The position numbers and the translations under genes are program-made. A DNA stretch of 64,000 nucleotides from Curvularia clavata. Its lineage: Eukaryota. Under the pieces are notes generated by a model, which ran no database searches, had not been told where the DNA came from, and saw only the letters and a list, made by a program, of their open reading frames with translations. The stretch is taken from positions 2,914,001 to 2,978,000 of the forward strand of contig CP089276.1 of assembly GCA_023920165.1 (NCBI GenBank), in the 5' to 3' direction. Shown here piece after piece: positions 21,610-33,714 of this stretch; the first letter of the stretch is position 1, and each line of letters begins with the position of its first letter.

Positions 21610-23718
21610 ATGAACGAAACCACCAAGGAACTCCATCGCGATCTCGCCAGGAAGTACCAGCAGCATGGCCCACGAATCGAGGAGATGTGGCGTTCGCTCA
21701 GTCAAGAACAACGCAAAAGGATCATGCAGGCTGGCTCTCGTGATGGCGCCGTCCTGAAGCATGCTGAAGACACAAGTCTAGAAAACGTCTACAAGTTCAT
21801 CCCAGAATGGAATATACGCGACGTTACTTCGCCATCATCGAACTTCTTTCTCGATATGCTAAAGCACAGAGCAACCTCACCCCTGCAAACACAATACATG
21901 ACCGGCTTCAATGGCCGACCGGGCGATCATGCGCACATACTTGATATGATGCAGAGGAAGAACCTAAAGCTCAACAACGCATCGGAATACAAGGACTGTT
22001 ACACTCTTTTCCTGACCGAAGACGGCTACGGCGAATCAGTCAAGATCCTCGCTGAGAAGCGAGAGGAAGTTGTAGCAAACATGAAACCAGCCATGGAGGC
22101 TCAGCTTATTGTACCCCAAGCCACTGGCGAGTTGATTCTCATGCGACAGATGAACATGTTTCAGCTTCTTAATATCGCCATTGAGGACATTCTCAAAACT
22201 GCATCCACCACGCGAACCCAGAAGAAGCGCCCAAAGAAGCCAGCTGATGATGCGACGGCAGCAATGGCGCAGCTGTCAGTACACTCGACCCCGAAGAAGG
22301 TCGACCTCCCGCAACTCGTGAAGATAGCCCAGGACCAAGCATCGAGTCGTGAGGATCTCATCAATCTGATTTCCACTGAGCCCACGGTTCTAGCTCATGA
22401 GGTCAACTTTTCTTTCTTTAGTAGACCAGAGCTAGTCGCCGATGAGAAAGGACGTATGCTACCTGTACACACGGACAAGTATATCAGCGGTGCTGTATTC
22501 GATGCGGTTCATGGTCTGGTAAAAACTGCTGCCATATGGAATTACATTGGCCGTCTCTTGGATTTGCTGGGAGAGTCATTGGACAAGCAGTTCAAGGCTA
22601 CCGTTCTCAAAGAGCTGTCAAACACCTGCCATTTGGAGTATCTGAGAGCCCAGAATATCTTCAAACGCAGCGTAGCTGTCGGTATGGGTGGCAGTAAGTG
22701 GTTCAAGCGCATGTCAACCAACGATGTCGCCCGCCTCTCATTGAAGCGAAGCCCTGAGTCTTTGACTTTAGAGAATCCACAGCTGCATTACATGCTTCGA
22801 CTCTGTCAGGATGAGACGAATTGGTCGGCCGCTGCACAATGGCTTCAAAAGCTAGAGGATCTCCATCGAGCCCACCCGCTGGAGCAAGATAACCTATCAG
22901 AGCGGGAATACGACTCTCTTGGTGACCTGGCCATCATCGTCACCTTCATTCAGTCTCTCTCGTCAGTGGCGCAGTTACCTGCACCTAACCACAAGAAGAG
23001 CCAGCCATTCGTTCCTGGTTACGCAGCCTTGGACAATGAATTGAGGCAGCCGAAAGACGGCATTGACCTTGGTGACTACGCCATTACAATCGACAACTTG
23101 CTAGAGCCAGGCATGGCTGAAGGTGCGCTCACAACTCTGGATCAGTATATCGCGGAGAAGACGGGTACAAAGCTCGGCTTCCTCTACCAGGATCTAGTGG
23201 ACGGCTGTGTGTCTAGCATTCAGGAACAGTACGAACAACAAAAGGCGAAAGCTAGTAAGCCTCAGGCTGAATACAAGACGCCCACAGCTCCGGCGGCTCC
23301 AACACCGCTTATTGAACAGCGCAAACAAAAAGAGAAGACGCGGCCAGTGCAAACTTCATTGTATGAGATCACTCCGCAAGCCACCAAAGACGACCAGCCC
23401 ACTCAGTCAAAAGAGACGTTCGAAGTCAAACCTTCGACTGCTGCTGTCTTCTCATCGCTGTTCTCAAGGTCATCGGCTGCTCGTAGCCCGGTACGATGGG
23501 AAGCATTCGTCGCTGCCATGGCCGACGTAGGCTTCTCAATCGACCCTAAGGTTGGTTCTATATACACTTTCGTCCCGCCGGAGAACTCTTTGGTTCAGAG
23601 GGATATAACGCTACATCGGCCGCATCAGGCAAGGATTAAGGAGCGACTTCTTTTGATATACTCCCGGCGGCTCAAGAAGACTTATGGATGGGACAGCTCG
23701 ATGTTCGTGGTGATGTAG
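21610..23718 (+). CDS. Intronless 702-aa protein (fungal 'ipa protein'-like) with C-terminal HicA-like domain
   Basis: Long clean ORF. C-terminus VFSSLFSRS..VRWEAFVAAMADVGF..GSIYTF..ITLHRPH..RRLKKTYGW. Confidence 0.75.
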   Translation: MNETTKELHRDLARKYQQHGPRIEEMWRSLSQEQRKRIMQAGSRDGAVLKHAEDTSLENVYKFIPEWNIRDVTSPSSNFFLDMLKHRATSPLQTQYMTGFNGRPGDHAHILDMMQRKNLKLNNASEYKDCYTLFLTEDGYGESVKILAEKREEVVANMKPAMEAQLIVPQATGELILMRQMNMFQLLNIAIEDILKTASTTRTQKKRPKKPADDATAAMAQLSVHSTPKKVDLPQLVKIAQDQASSREDLINLISTEPTVLAHEVNFSFFSRPELVADEKGRMLPVHTDKYISGAVFDAVHGLVKTAAIWNYIGRLLDLLGESLDKQFKATVLKELSNTCHLEYLRAQNIFKRSVAVGMGGSKWFKRMSTNDVARLSLKRSPESLTLENPQLHYMLRLCQDETNWSAAAQWLQKLEDLHRAHPLEQDNLSEREYDSLGDLAIIVTFIQSLSSVAQLPAPNHKKSQPFVPGYAALDNELRQPKDGIDLGDYAITIDNLLEPGMAEGALTTLDQYIAEKTGTKLGFLYQDLVDGCVSSIQEQYEQQKAKASKPQAEYKTPTAPAAPTPLIEQRKQKEKTRPVQTSLYEITPQATKDDQPTQSKETFEVKPSTAAVFSSLFSRSSAARSPVRWEAFVAAMADVGFSIDPKVGSIYTFVPPENSLVQRDITLHRPHQARIKERLLLIYSRRLKKTYGWDSSMFVVM

Positions 23719-24497
23719 TCGTCGACGGTAGTATCGGGTGGGCAGTTACGTGAGTGCGGAGCGGTTCGGCAAGACAATGTTGCATAATCACAACAAAGGA
23801 ACAGTTACACAGCTCGTGATTGTGAGCCAGCATCTGCTTAGAGTGGAGTCGCGAGCGAACTTGCTGATGCTAATGTTAGAATATAGTCTGGCGTAGATCT
23901 TGTCCTCTTTGCTAGCAAATTATCATTCACCCATTTCACACTTCTTCTAGGGGGTTCCTCGAGGCCAACACGAATTTCAGATCACTTTCTTATGTCTTTA
24001 ATATGTTTCAAGATTCTCTGTAACGTAGGTGAACCTGTGAGAAACGAAGCCACCTCGTAGTAGTAAAGACAAGTCGTCGAAAAGCTTGTCCCAAGCGCTG
24101 CACGCATCACATGTGCGTGAACGTTCGATTGCACTACAGTTCAATAGCGTCCTTAACGGGTCCTGCAGGGAAAACTCAGATATATCGCCTTATTATACAC
24201 ATTATAGACATAAGAAACGCGCACGCGCCATTCGGAGATACATGAATCGCTCTTCCTCAATCCCTGCAAGAAACGGACCCAACCCCCTGTCGAGAAACGC
24301 TATCCCAAGAAAAACCCATTTATCGTCATGGTACCAGTGCTCACATTCGCACCTACTGCGGTACCTCCTATAGTACAAATGAAAAGTTGCAACGTCCATG
24401 CATATTACCTATCGTGCACTCTTGGCGATAGTAAGGAACTGCCGATGAGTTTGGCTCCACTTCTCAACGCGTGATAGTGGGGGTCATATGAAACAAC

Positions 24498-26407
24498 TCA
24501 TACACCGGAGTCTTCTTCTTCAATGCCGACCGTGTTGGCCCAATCCCTCCAGGCTGCGCACGTGTCTTGTAGGACAGAAGTGGAGCTGAGAATGCCAGGG
24601 ATCTCAGCCTCACGTTCTACGAATTGCAGGGCAAGGCCTTCAGAGGTATGCCAGCCGATATGGCAATGCATCTATTGCAGTATTAGCCGTGCTCGCGAGC
24701 AAAAGCGAGAATAGGGGGTGGGGGGAAAGCAACGTACCAGCCATGCACCAGGATTATCTGTCAGGAAAGCAATGACAAGATAACCAGCGGCGGGCAAGTT
24801 CGCGACATCTCGTCGCGGAGGGTTGTCGAGGTTAAGAGTGACCGAATCATCGTAGGTAGCCTCCTCCTCTGCCGCGAGGATGAAGAAGTCGTGCCCGTGG
24901 AGATGGATAGGATGTGGCACTGGCAACTGAGTCTCAATGACAAAGTACACCCATTCGTTCGCTGTATCAAGCCTATACACGTTCTCCTGAGCCTCGAACG
25001 TCGTGTTTCCCTCGCTAATTTGTAACAGCGACGGATTCTCCCACTCCACGAGCATGCTGTTGAGCCCAATTTGCCATTTGAACAGGTTACCTACCGCCTT
25101 AATGCTTACTCCGAGATCCTCATCTTGGCGGGGATCGACGACAGTCTGTTGAAGGTGAGGCACAAGGTTGGACAGGAGCTCGTCGTTGCAGTCGCCGTTG
25201 GAGAGGTTCGAATCGGCCGTCGAAGTTGGGTCAGCCGTCGAGGTAGTAGAGTAGCGGACAATGGCACGGATGTCGGCGCTGTTAGCGTTGGATGAGCAGG
25301 AGGACTGCGGGACCGCGCGCATCCAGTAGTCAGCGGTTGCTTGGTCGGCGTTGACAACGATGTCGTAGCGTTGACCTGGTTCGCGTCAGCATTGGGGACA
25401 TCAAACATGGGAACCAAGTCTTACCCATGCCAATATCAAGGTAAGTGGTCTCGTAGGGAACAATAGGTACGAAGTCATTAGCAATAACTTTGAAAGAGTG
25501 CCCATCAATAGCAAACTTGTAGTGAGTGTCGATTGCGGTGTTGACGATGCGGATGAGGTAGCTCTTGCCAGACTCAAAGCTGGTTTCATAGCGCGAGCCA
25601 CCATCTCCGAAGGTATTTTGACCGTTGATGAGACCATTTTGCAACTCGGGTGGGCCAACAGTCTGCGCGTAGCTGTAGAGCTCATCGCAAGTCTGGTGCG
25701 TCCAATCACTGAGCACGATAGGCTCAAGCTCTTCGTCGTAATTTGCTGTTGCAGGACCATGAATGACCATAGGACCAAAGACACCATTCCAAGCTTGCAG
25801 ACTGTAATGAGAGTGGTACCAGGATGTGCCGTATTGAGTGGCCTTCCAAGTGTATGTGATGGACTCGCCGGGCTGAACACTGGTTAGTAACGATAGCCAA
25901 TAAAGGAGTTCAATAGATCCCCTACCGCGACAGGGCATTGAGTGATGGATGGCACTCCGTCTTCCTGATTGCTATTAAGCTGGCGAATACCATGCCAGTG
26001 AATTCCAGTGCCGTTGTTTGTCAAGGCATTTGTCACGTGGATCTTCACTGTATCTCCCCAATTCGCCTCAATCAAGGGGCCAGGAACCGAACCATTGACA
26101 GCCAGAACCATGCGCTCAACACCGTCAGGGGCGGCTGTGATGTTCTGTACCTCGAGCCAGTACTAGAATTGTCAATTCAAGTTCTCGAACGAATGGCCGT
26201 ATAGACAGTTCCTACCTCGACAGTGACGCCCGTATCGGGAGCCTCATCATACCAATTGGTGTCGATACTGTAATCACACCATATACTTCGGTCAGAAGCA
26301 GTGTTACCTTCACAGACCGCACGGTTTAATAACGAAGACTTGATTTGAGGAGCAGGCATGGCAGAAGCCACCGCAACTAATGTAACGAGTGCTCGAAGGA
26401 GTGACAT
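24498..26407 (-). CDS. Laccase / multicopper oxidase (AA1), multi-exon
   Basis: Signal peptide; copper motifs HWHGIRQ, WYHSHYS, HPIHLHGHDF, HCHIGWHTSEGL; ascomycete-type C-terminus DSGV*. Confidence 0.95.
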
Positions 26408-28333
26408 GATGGTTGACAGACAAGAACGAAGAGTTTATACAAACAAACAAAGCTCAAAGAGTGGAAGCTCTTGCTGAATAGATGATAGTAGAGCACCGTC
26501 TTCAAAGCATCTTTATATGCAAGGAGTCTTTGCCTTTGGAACGATGGATTGAGAGGTTGCAACTCCTTACCTATCCTAATCAAGCTGCATTCCTCCTGTG
26601 ACAATGCAAATAGTACCGAAGGAGTCTTAGCGGTGCTGTCGTCGTAGGACCCGTTGTACGAGGAACCGCCACAATATTGCCAAGAGATAGAGTATGTACG
26701 TAGTAGTAAGCTCTAAGCTCCACTTCCCAAGACATCATGCTTCGAGCGCATGAAACAACAAGCTTCTCAGCAAACGTGCTTGGATATCGCCAAGATATTT
26801 TATCTGTATGCGAGCATCCTTTCCCAACGCACTCGCGCCATAGTGAGATGTGAAGGAAGCTAATGTAACATCCGTATAGGAGCATGGTGATCCACTCGTC
26901 GGCAGGGCATCAGGCAGGTTCAGGCTATAGGTGCTCATCAAGTGGGTAACGAACGCACAGGGTGTAGACGAATCATCATTTTCTAATTATGTACAGAGTC
27001 GTTGGGGTGCCTGGCAGATCGGGCACGAACACTGAATCAAGCTGAGGTTTATGAGATATCGACTAGGTTCTCCTACTATGTCGGAGCGAGCCTGACCTTC
27101 TTTGGATGGCATTCGCGTGATAAAGTGCCTATATTGACCACATTTAAGAACATACGACTCGATTCGCGAGCTCACTAAACATAATTGCGTTAACACAGCG
27201 GCAGCATCCGTCTAGCGTGGAACATGGGCCACGCGGCTCGATCTCGGCTTATGGTCGTTTCGTCGTTGCAGGGGGGCTATTGTACTATGCCATGTTGGTG
27301 TGAGCTTCGGGAAGTCCACAAGACCACATGTCTATCACGAGATCCTTTACTAGTTATACATTACACTTCGGGTAGAGCACCTGCAGTAACAGTATGTGCA
27401 ATCTTGCAAGATAATACAAGCCGTAAAGCCAGTTATGTGAACTTCGGTGTAAGGGCCATGAATTCTTGCACTGAGAATTTCTGGTAAGCTTGACATTATG
27501 CGCACTATCTGTGGATCGTGCTAGATCGGAGGTCCGAGGTCGCATGTTTGAGGGAAAAAAGGCGACGTCTAGTGGTGCGTCAGTCTCCGCTCAGAAACTG
27601 ACAGGGGGTACGTACCACGCAGGCAACATGCACGCGTCCATGCCACTACAGCGCAGTGACAAGGCTTCTACAAACAAATTTTTTGCAAGTCATGGAATGT
27701 TACACTCAACTCACGACCAACAGTTCGCATGAATCATGAATCTGGTCATACCTTCATCGAGCGGGTTGGCTCAAATCCACTGCGAGGCCTGCGTACTGGG
27801 CCTCACTCCCAGTTCTTGGCTGAGTCTAGCTTTTACCGAGTAAGGAACCCGGCGCTTTGCCCAATATTAGGAGTACTCTTCCTATATGCGGCGTCAGCAC
27901 CTCACAATCACTACTGCAGGAACAGCATTCAATCAAGACATGCACGTCGTCTGTGGCCCCACTTTCCGGGGACCATCCGCCGCTAACACTCAATGATGCA
28001 CTGGTTTAGTTCATGATTTTGCCAAGAAGAAGAAGTATTGAATGCATGCAGGTGTATCAACTCGAGTCGTCAGCAACATGATGGAGGAAATATATCCGGA
28101 AAAGCGCTATGGACTAGATACTGTTTGGGAGATCAGTGCAGAAGTGTTGCGTGGACCCCGTTATCAGAGAAGTGAGTGTGAACGGCAGTTGAAACTAATA
28201 CTCGTGTTGAGTAGCAATAGGGGAAGTACGTGGTATATAACATAGGGGTAGTTGGTCCATGTGAAGAGGAAAGGATTCCGGTGCCACATTCTTTCTGAAC
28301 AATCCACCGTTTCCCCAACATTCTTTTATCAAA

Positions 28334-29026
28334 ATGCTCTGCAAACTACCTTTCCTTGCTATTATCGCCGGATGCGCGAACATTGTAGTATCCGAGAACA
28401 TCGAGTTTAAGCTCTTCGCGTATGGCAAACTCGCCTCCTCAGGCCTGCAGATGTTCTACGGCGATGGTTAGTACTAGAACATTTTTCACCCTTATCATCA
28501 CCTCACATACATACAGGTCAGGCATATGTTGGCGGCACTCCTTCTTTCGTGAAAGAGTCGGTGAACATCTCTCGTAGGCTTCCATTATGTACTCGACGAT
28601 ACCGCAGCTGACAATCATAGTGAGCATGTCTGAAGGCGACAGCAAGTTCGTAGCAAAACCTAACACGACGATGCCTTCATGGTCTTCCGGACCCAAGATG
28701 TATATCGATCTGACCGAGGGAGCTGCAAGACCTGTACGATTTGCCTATGATAATGAAACGCTTCCGAGCGGTGCGTCCTCTGTTGGATTCGGCCTGTATG
28801 GAGGTTGGGCCTACCACAAGAAGACAAACGGAACTATCGAGATGAAGTTTCTTGCGACACCGACGAACGAGACGGGAATCTACTTGTGAGCTCGTCAGGA
28901 CTAGGTGAAAAGCTTAAGCTGACATCAATCAGGGTGAAGTGGAACAACGCGGCCACGAAAGCAAGAGATGACATTCCAATATCGTTACGCACCCAGCTTC
29001 CAGTCGCGCTTGGAAATAGATCATAG
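28334..29026 (+). CDS. Small secreted protein of unknown function, 4 exons
   Basis: Spliced reading MLCKLPFLAIIAGCANIVVSENIEFKLFAYG..FYGD|GQAYVGG..|SMSEGDSKF..GFGLYGGWAY..FLATPTNETGIYL|VKWN..GNRS*. Confidence 0.7.
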
Positions 29027-29383
29027 TGCAGGAGGTAGAGAGCTAGGTTTAGTTAAACATTCTATTTGTAATTACGTAGATGAGTACATTATATAACTCT
29101 AATCTTCATTATGTGAGATTTGGCAGGTACAAGCAAGAATATCAGAGTAGTATTCAGACAAATCTTTACGGTAAAATAGATAAGAGTTCTATAAAATACA
29201 AGTCTTCAGCCTTAATAGCCTAAGTTAGTGACCTGAGGGTTGTTCTTGTTTCTAATACCCGAGTCATGTGTCGCTCAGGGTATAAGGATCAAGTTCTGAC
29301 TGACCCAAATACTATTGTAGGCCGGGAGAGTGTGCAGTACACATACACCCCGTGTTTATAAACAGAAATCCAATACTGAATGG

Positions 29384-30470
29384 CATCCACTTGGAGCTGA
29401 ATACATCATGAGGGTGAAAGCGCAGGATGTTCCGCTTTAGCAAGTCTAGGATACGTTGGAATTAGATCAAGAGTTTCTTGACCTGGCAGCGATTTAAAAG
29501 CGGTGGCTGAGGATCACATTCTCACTCTATGGCAGCCTGTCTAATGCCAAAGATTTGCCTTTATCTTTGGCAAGCCCTTATTTTCAACGCGGCGTGGTCA
29601 TTCAAAATCGCAATTCATTGTAGGGCTACCTGTCGGCGAGGACTGAATCAATGTCGGCCGTGTTGGCCTAGATGTGGAAAGAAAACCATATACATGGCAA
29701 CTTAGAACAGGTAGGTACTATTTCTGACTTTCTTATAAGATGTTCATTGAGCCGATCGATAGGTGTGAGAGAGTCGTAGGCAACTCGACATCTAAATCCA
29801 TCGAAACCATCAGTTATGTTCTGTGGCACTAGGCTTTATCAACCAAATTCTCGAGATAAGCTCGTTGCGCTCAATCAATACCAACACATAGTTGATGATA
29901 TCTCCTCCGAGAATGGAAAGAGTGTCAAGCCATACCTGTGGCACACTGCAAGATCTTGATGGAACCTGCTCTGAGGGGATCTCCGTGGCCGTGCGTGATA
30001 ACGAGCTCGCGAAAATCTTCATCAGATGGCGAAAGTTTATGAAAGCCATGAATTTAGACTGATGCAAGGTAACGAAACTTCAAAATAGAATGCCCCATAT
30101 AATAATAGGTCTTTTCAATCGCATGTTTGAGCATAGGGAGGCACATATTCAGTCTCCTCTGGTTGACTTGAGGGACATATGGCCGACCCCAACAGCAGTG
30201 GCTGGCCGTTCTTTGTCATTGCATTTCTCAGATACTGATATCGAGCGCACCAAGTTAAGATTTGATCACGCGATGGCTGCAGCGGGACTTATGGGCCGAT
30301 TGAAGGAAATGATGGGTGAACTGTGGCCACATGTACGCTTTATTGACCACTGGCATTACGATATTATCAGAGCAGCACTCAAAGAAATAAAAGAGCAGAT
30401 GATTGGGCAGTTAGCGAAGGACGAGGAGAAACGAGTAGAGTACGAACGCTATTGGCCGTTTGACCAACTA
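29384..30470 (+). pseudogene. AIM9/APH-like phosphotransferase pseudogene
   Basis: HPLGAEYIMRVKAQDVPL*QV*DTLE..I*KRWLRITFSLYGSL..KDL, VGLPVGED*INVGR..DVERKP and C-terminal ..EYERYWPFD. Multiple stops and frameshifts. Confidence 0.75.
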
Positions 30471-30723
30471 CGACAAGAACCGCTAGTAATGCATAGCGCA
30501 CATCAGGGGCTAGGCAGCCATTGTTGTGTCGCAGACATAAGCACAAAGATCTCTGCTATTCATTTGATATGTTCCATGAATTATTTTCTGAGTAATTCCT
30601 CCAACGAATTTTTCTGAACTGCAAGAAAGCTCTTAGCAGATATTGGATAAGTGGTTGTTATCTTTCCTTATCGCCTCGCCAACCTCCCTATCGCGACTTC
30701 CTATAGCACCCAGAAGTAGCATC

Positions 30724-31892
30724 ATGGATAGTTTCTACTTGAAAAATACCGCAAGATACCACCAGCTTCTAAATGTACTAAATACGAAACCAAAGCCTCG
30801 ACGCCCAAGAGCCGAAGCAAACTTGACTATACGCGTCTGCGCAAGAATCAGACCTCTATCTGAAGAGGAAGGCTTTCCATCCGCTTTGTTTCCTCAATCC
30901 ATTGGCAACGGCGTTGTTGATGTCCACGACCTCTACAACCATCCGAGAGGTAAACCAATATTGAAAGTATGCAGTATAGCTATCAAATTTTTGCTTGGTT
31001 TTATCGATGCTAACGGATCAAGTCTTTTCAATACGAAGTCGATTGTCTGTTCCCACCTACCTCGACTACTGCAGAGCTCTACAGCGAACTCGCATCAGAC
31101 CTTATTCCTTATGCATGGGATGGCGGGATTGGGACGCTCTTCGCATACGGCCAAACTGGATCTGGAAAGACATTCACTATTAGTGGATTACAGCAATTAG
31201 TTGCGGAAACAATATGGGACGGAGGTCTTGATAGCAACCGAGAGGTTTACTTAGCCATCATCGACCTGGCAGGTAATGCAGCCTTTGACCTTTTGAGTGA
31301 CCGCAAGCCCATATCTCTTCTCGAAGATGCTGCGGGCGTCACACAGATGGTGGGCGCGAATGAGCACCAAATCAAGGACAAGCATGAAATGAAGAGCCTA
31401 ATTGACCAGGCGAACTCATTCAGAAAAACAGCACCAACGCTGAAAAACGACGCATCATCACGTTCGCACGCGATATGTCGTATTCGGATTCGACAACCAG
31501 ACACCAACACAGACGGCTTTTTATACATGGTTGACCTTGCTGGATCTGAAAGCGCACGCGACGTTGCAGTGCACGGGCCGGATCGAATGCGCGAGACACG
31601 GGAGATCAATGTTAGTTTATCTGTCCTAAAAGACTGTATTCGTGGGAAGGCGCAAGCAGATACTCAGCTTGCCTCGGGAAAGATGACATCAAGATCTAAG
31701 CTTCCATACATACCCTTTCGACAGAGTGCTCTTACGAGAGTTCTGAAGCATGTCTTTGACCCAGCCAGCACAAGGCCTTGCAAGACGGTAGTGATTGCCT
31801 GCGTCAATCCCAGTCTTGCTGATGTGGGATCGAGTAAGAATACTCTACGATTTGCTGAGCTACTCCGTCCTCAGCTTGTGAAAGGGATCTGA
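30724..31892 (+). CDS. Kinesin motor-domain-only protein, 2 exons
   Basis: IRVCARIRPL, P-loop FAYGQTGSGKT, switch I NDASSRSHA, switch II DLAGSE, INVSLSVLKDCI, IPFRQSALTRVLK, NTLRFA. The stop follows directly after the motor. Confidence 0.92.
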
Positions 31893-32284
31893 CGTGCTTT
31901 TCGCCTATACATAAAAGGCAACGGTTACTAAGCTTGGTACTGCGAAATGTAGTAGCAAGTGTAGAACGGTCTCGCGCAAAAAGTTGGTCCCAATACAGTG
32001 TGCGGCATGGTAATATGTAGGTTAGATATTGTGGAGTAAGAGCAATTTTAGCTATGAATACAGAAGCTTGGTAGAAGTCGCGCAGTCATACAGTACCCGG
32101 ACTTGGTTATGAATCACTGGACAGAAACCTCATTGCTCATCTACAAGGGCCTTCACATGCTCCATGTGATAATGGAAGTACACACCGAACGGGAGCTTCT
32201 TTGGTTCCAACCACCAATATACATCCCACCATCTGGGTGCTTGGGAGCAAGTCTACATGTGTCAGTAAATAGACGTCTCAGTCA

Positions 32285-32881
32285 CTAGCGGTCACGCAGA
32301 CTCACCCCACACCAATAGACCGGCTGACCCTCTTTATCTTCACCGACCATCTTATGCCTAGGACTCCACGCATAGCAGTTCTCCCATCCTCCACATGTTG
32401 CACATCGATGACAAAGCCCTTCCTCCTTGACGAGTACTTCTACTAGTATCTCGGTACATTCTCGCTCAGTTGCCTTCTTTCTTGAACCTCTTGCATCTAC
32501 CACCTTTCTTGTCCGCTTCAACCCACTGTCCCTAAAGACTGAAGGTTCTGCATTCAACAGATCTTCCGCTTCCAACATCTCATTCCCACACCCGTCGTCG
32601 AAATCCCGTCCGTTTCTGAGCCAAAACCGAGGATTGAGATTTGTATTGGACGATGGAGGATCGTGTGTAGCTTTGTTATTTCCAGTTGAGGATGAAGGCT
32701 CATCAGGGGAGGAGATTTGTCCGAAGTATCTGTTGCCCCCGGCCATACCATAGGCGAGTGGAAGTACAACAAACCAGTCATTTCCGCGGCGGTGCAGAGC
32801 AACACTTAACCTAACACGTGGCGTAGAGAAGGATATGAGACTGTTGCCTTTGCGCGATTGTGTAGGCGATGTTTCTGCCAT
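32285..32881 (-). CDS. Hypothetical protein (198 aa)
   Basis: Intact ORF with a plausible ATG context and a C-terminal CHRCATCGGWE..WCG Cys cluster. No family recognised. Confidence 0.55.
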   Translation of the reverse strand: MAETSPTQSRKGNSLISFSTPRVRLSVALHRRGNDWFVVLPLAYGMAGGNRYFGQISSPDEPSSSTGNNKATHDPPSSNTNLNPRFWLRNGRDFDDGCGNEMLEAEDLLNAEPSVFRDSGLKRTRKVVDARGSRKKATERECTEILVEVLVKEEGLCHRCATCGGWENCYAWSPRHKMVGEDKEGQPVYWCGVSLRDR

Positions 32882-33714
32882 TTGAAATCGTTATTTCTTC
32901 CAAAAGTACCTTGAAAATAGGGATATTCAATATCGAGGATGAAGAGGTATCCCAGCATCGGTTTCCTTCAAATCACGACGTTGAAATGCCCTGAATTTAA
33001 TGCGCTACGAAGCCATAATCACTGCTGACGCCAGCACGAAAGCGGCGAGGTACTGAGCTACGCTAGCGAAGATGACGGTCCGCTATACTCCGATAGTTGC
33101 TAATTACCCTTAACCGCGTGTTGCACTGCCCCATACCCTAGGTAACTCCTTCAATTGGTAAAACCGGGAAATTAGAACGAGCTCACTTGCGCTGCTAATG
33201 CAGTAAAAGGCGCTGTGACAACTCCCGTTTCCTCAAAAGTAGGGTTATAAGTACTAAAATTATAGTCAATAATAGGTAGCCGTGATAAATACAGCTATCT
33301 CTACAAACGGTGGTGTTTGCAGGCCCCCATATCCTGATTTCACCACTTGCGGGACAACATGCCTTCTTAGTGTATGGAAAATAGCCGGATAAAGCCACAC
33401 CATACAAACCGCCTAGCTTATGTAAAGTCAAAACCACAGGAATACTGTTGATACATCCAGCTATAATAGGCATGCATAACAAATTTTCGAGACCCGTGCC
33501 AGACTCCAGAAAGTCCCAGGTAGAGTGTAGTTAGATGTTTTTTCCGGTTTGAGCTAACTACATGTGAAGGCATAGATAGAACGAGCAAAAGGGTAGACAG
33601 CATCATGTTGCCTCTGTAAAGTTGCAGGATCGTATTGTGTGAATGCTTGTGCTCTTGTATTATTCTCACAGTTCAATGGATTGAAATGGCGTTGACTATT
33701 GATCTCCTAAGCAT

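Noticed and set aside
33195..33669. Short minus-strand ORFs with a signal-like start (MMLSTLLLVLSM) and a few Cys
   Set aside because: They cannot be joined by convincing splice sites; this may be 3' UTR of the AEC gene or an unrecognisable relic.
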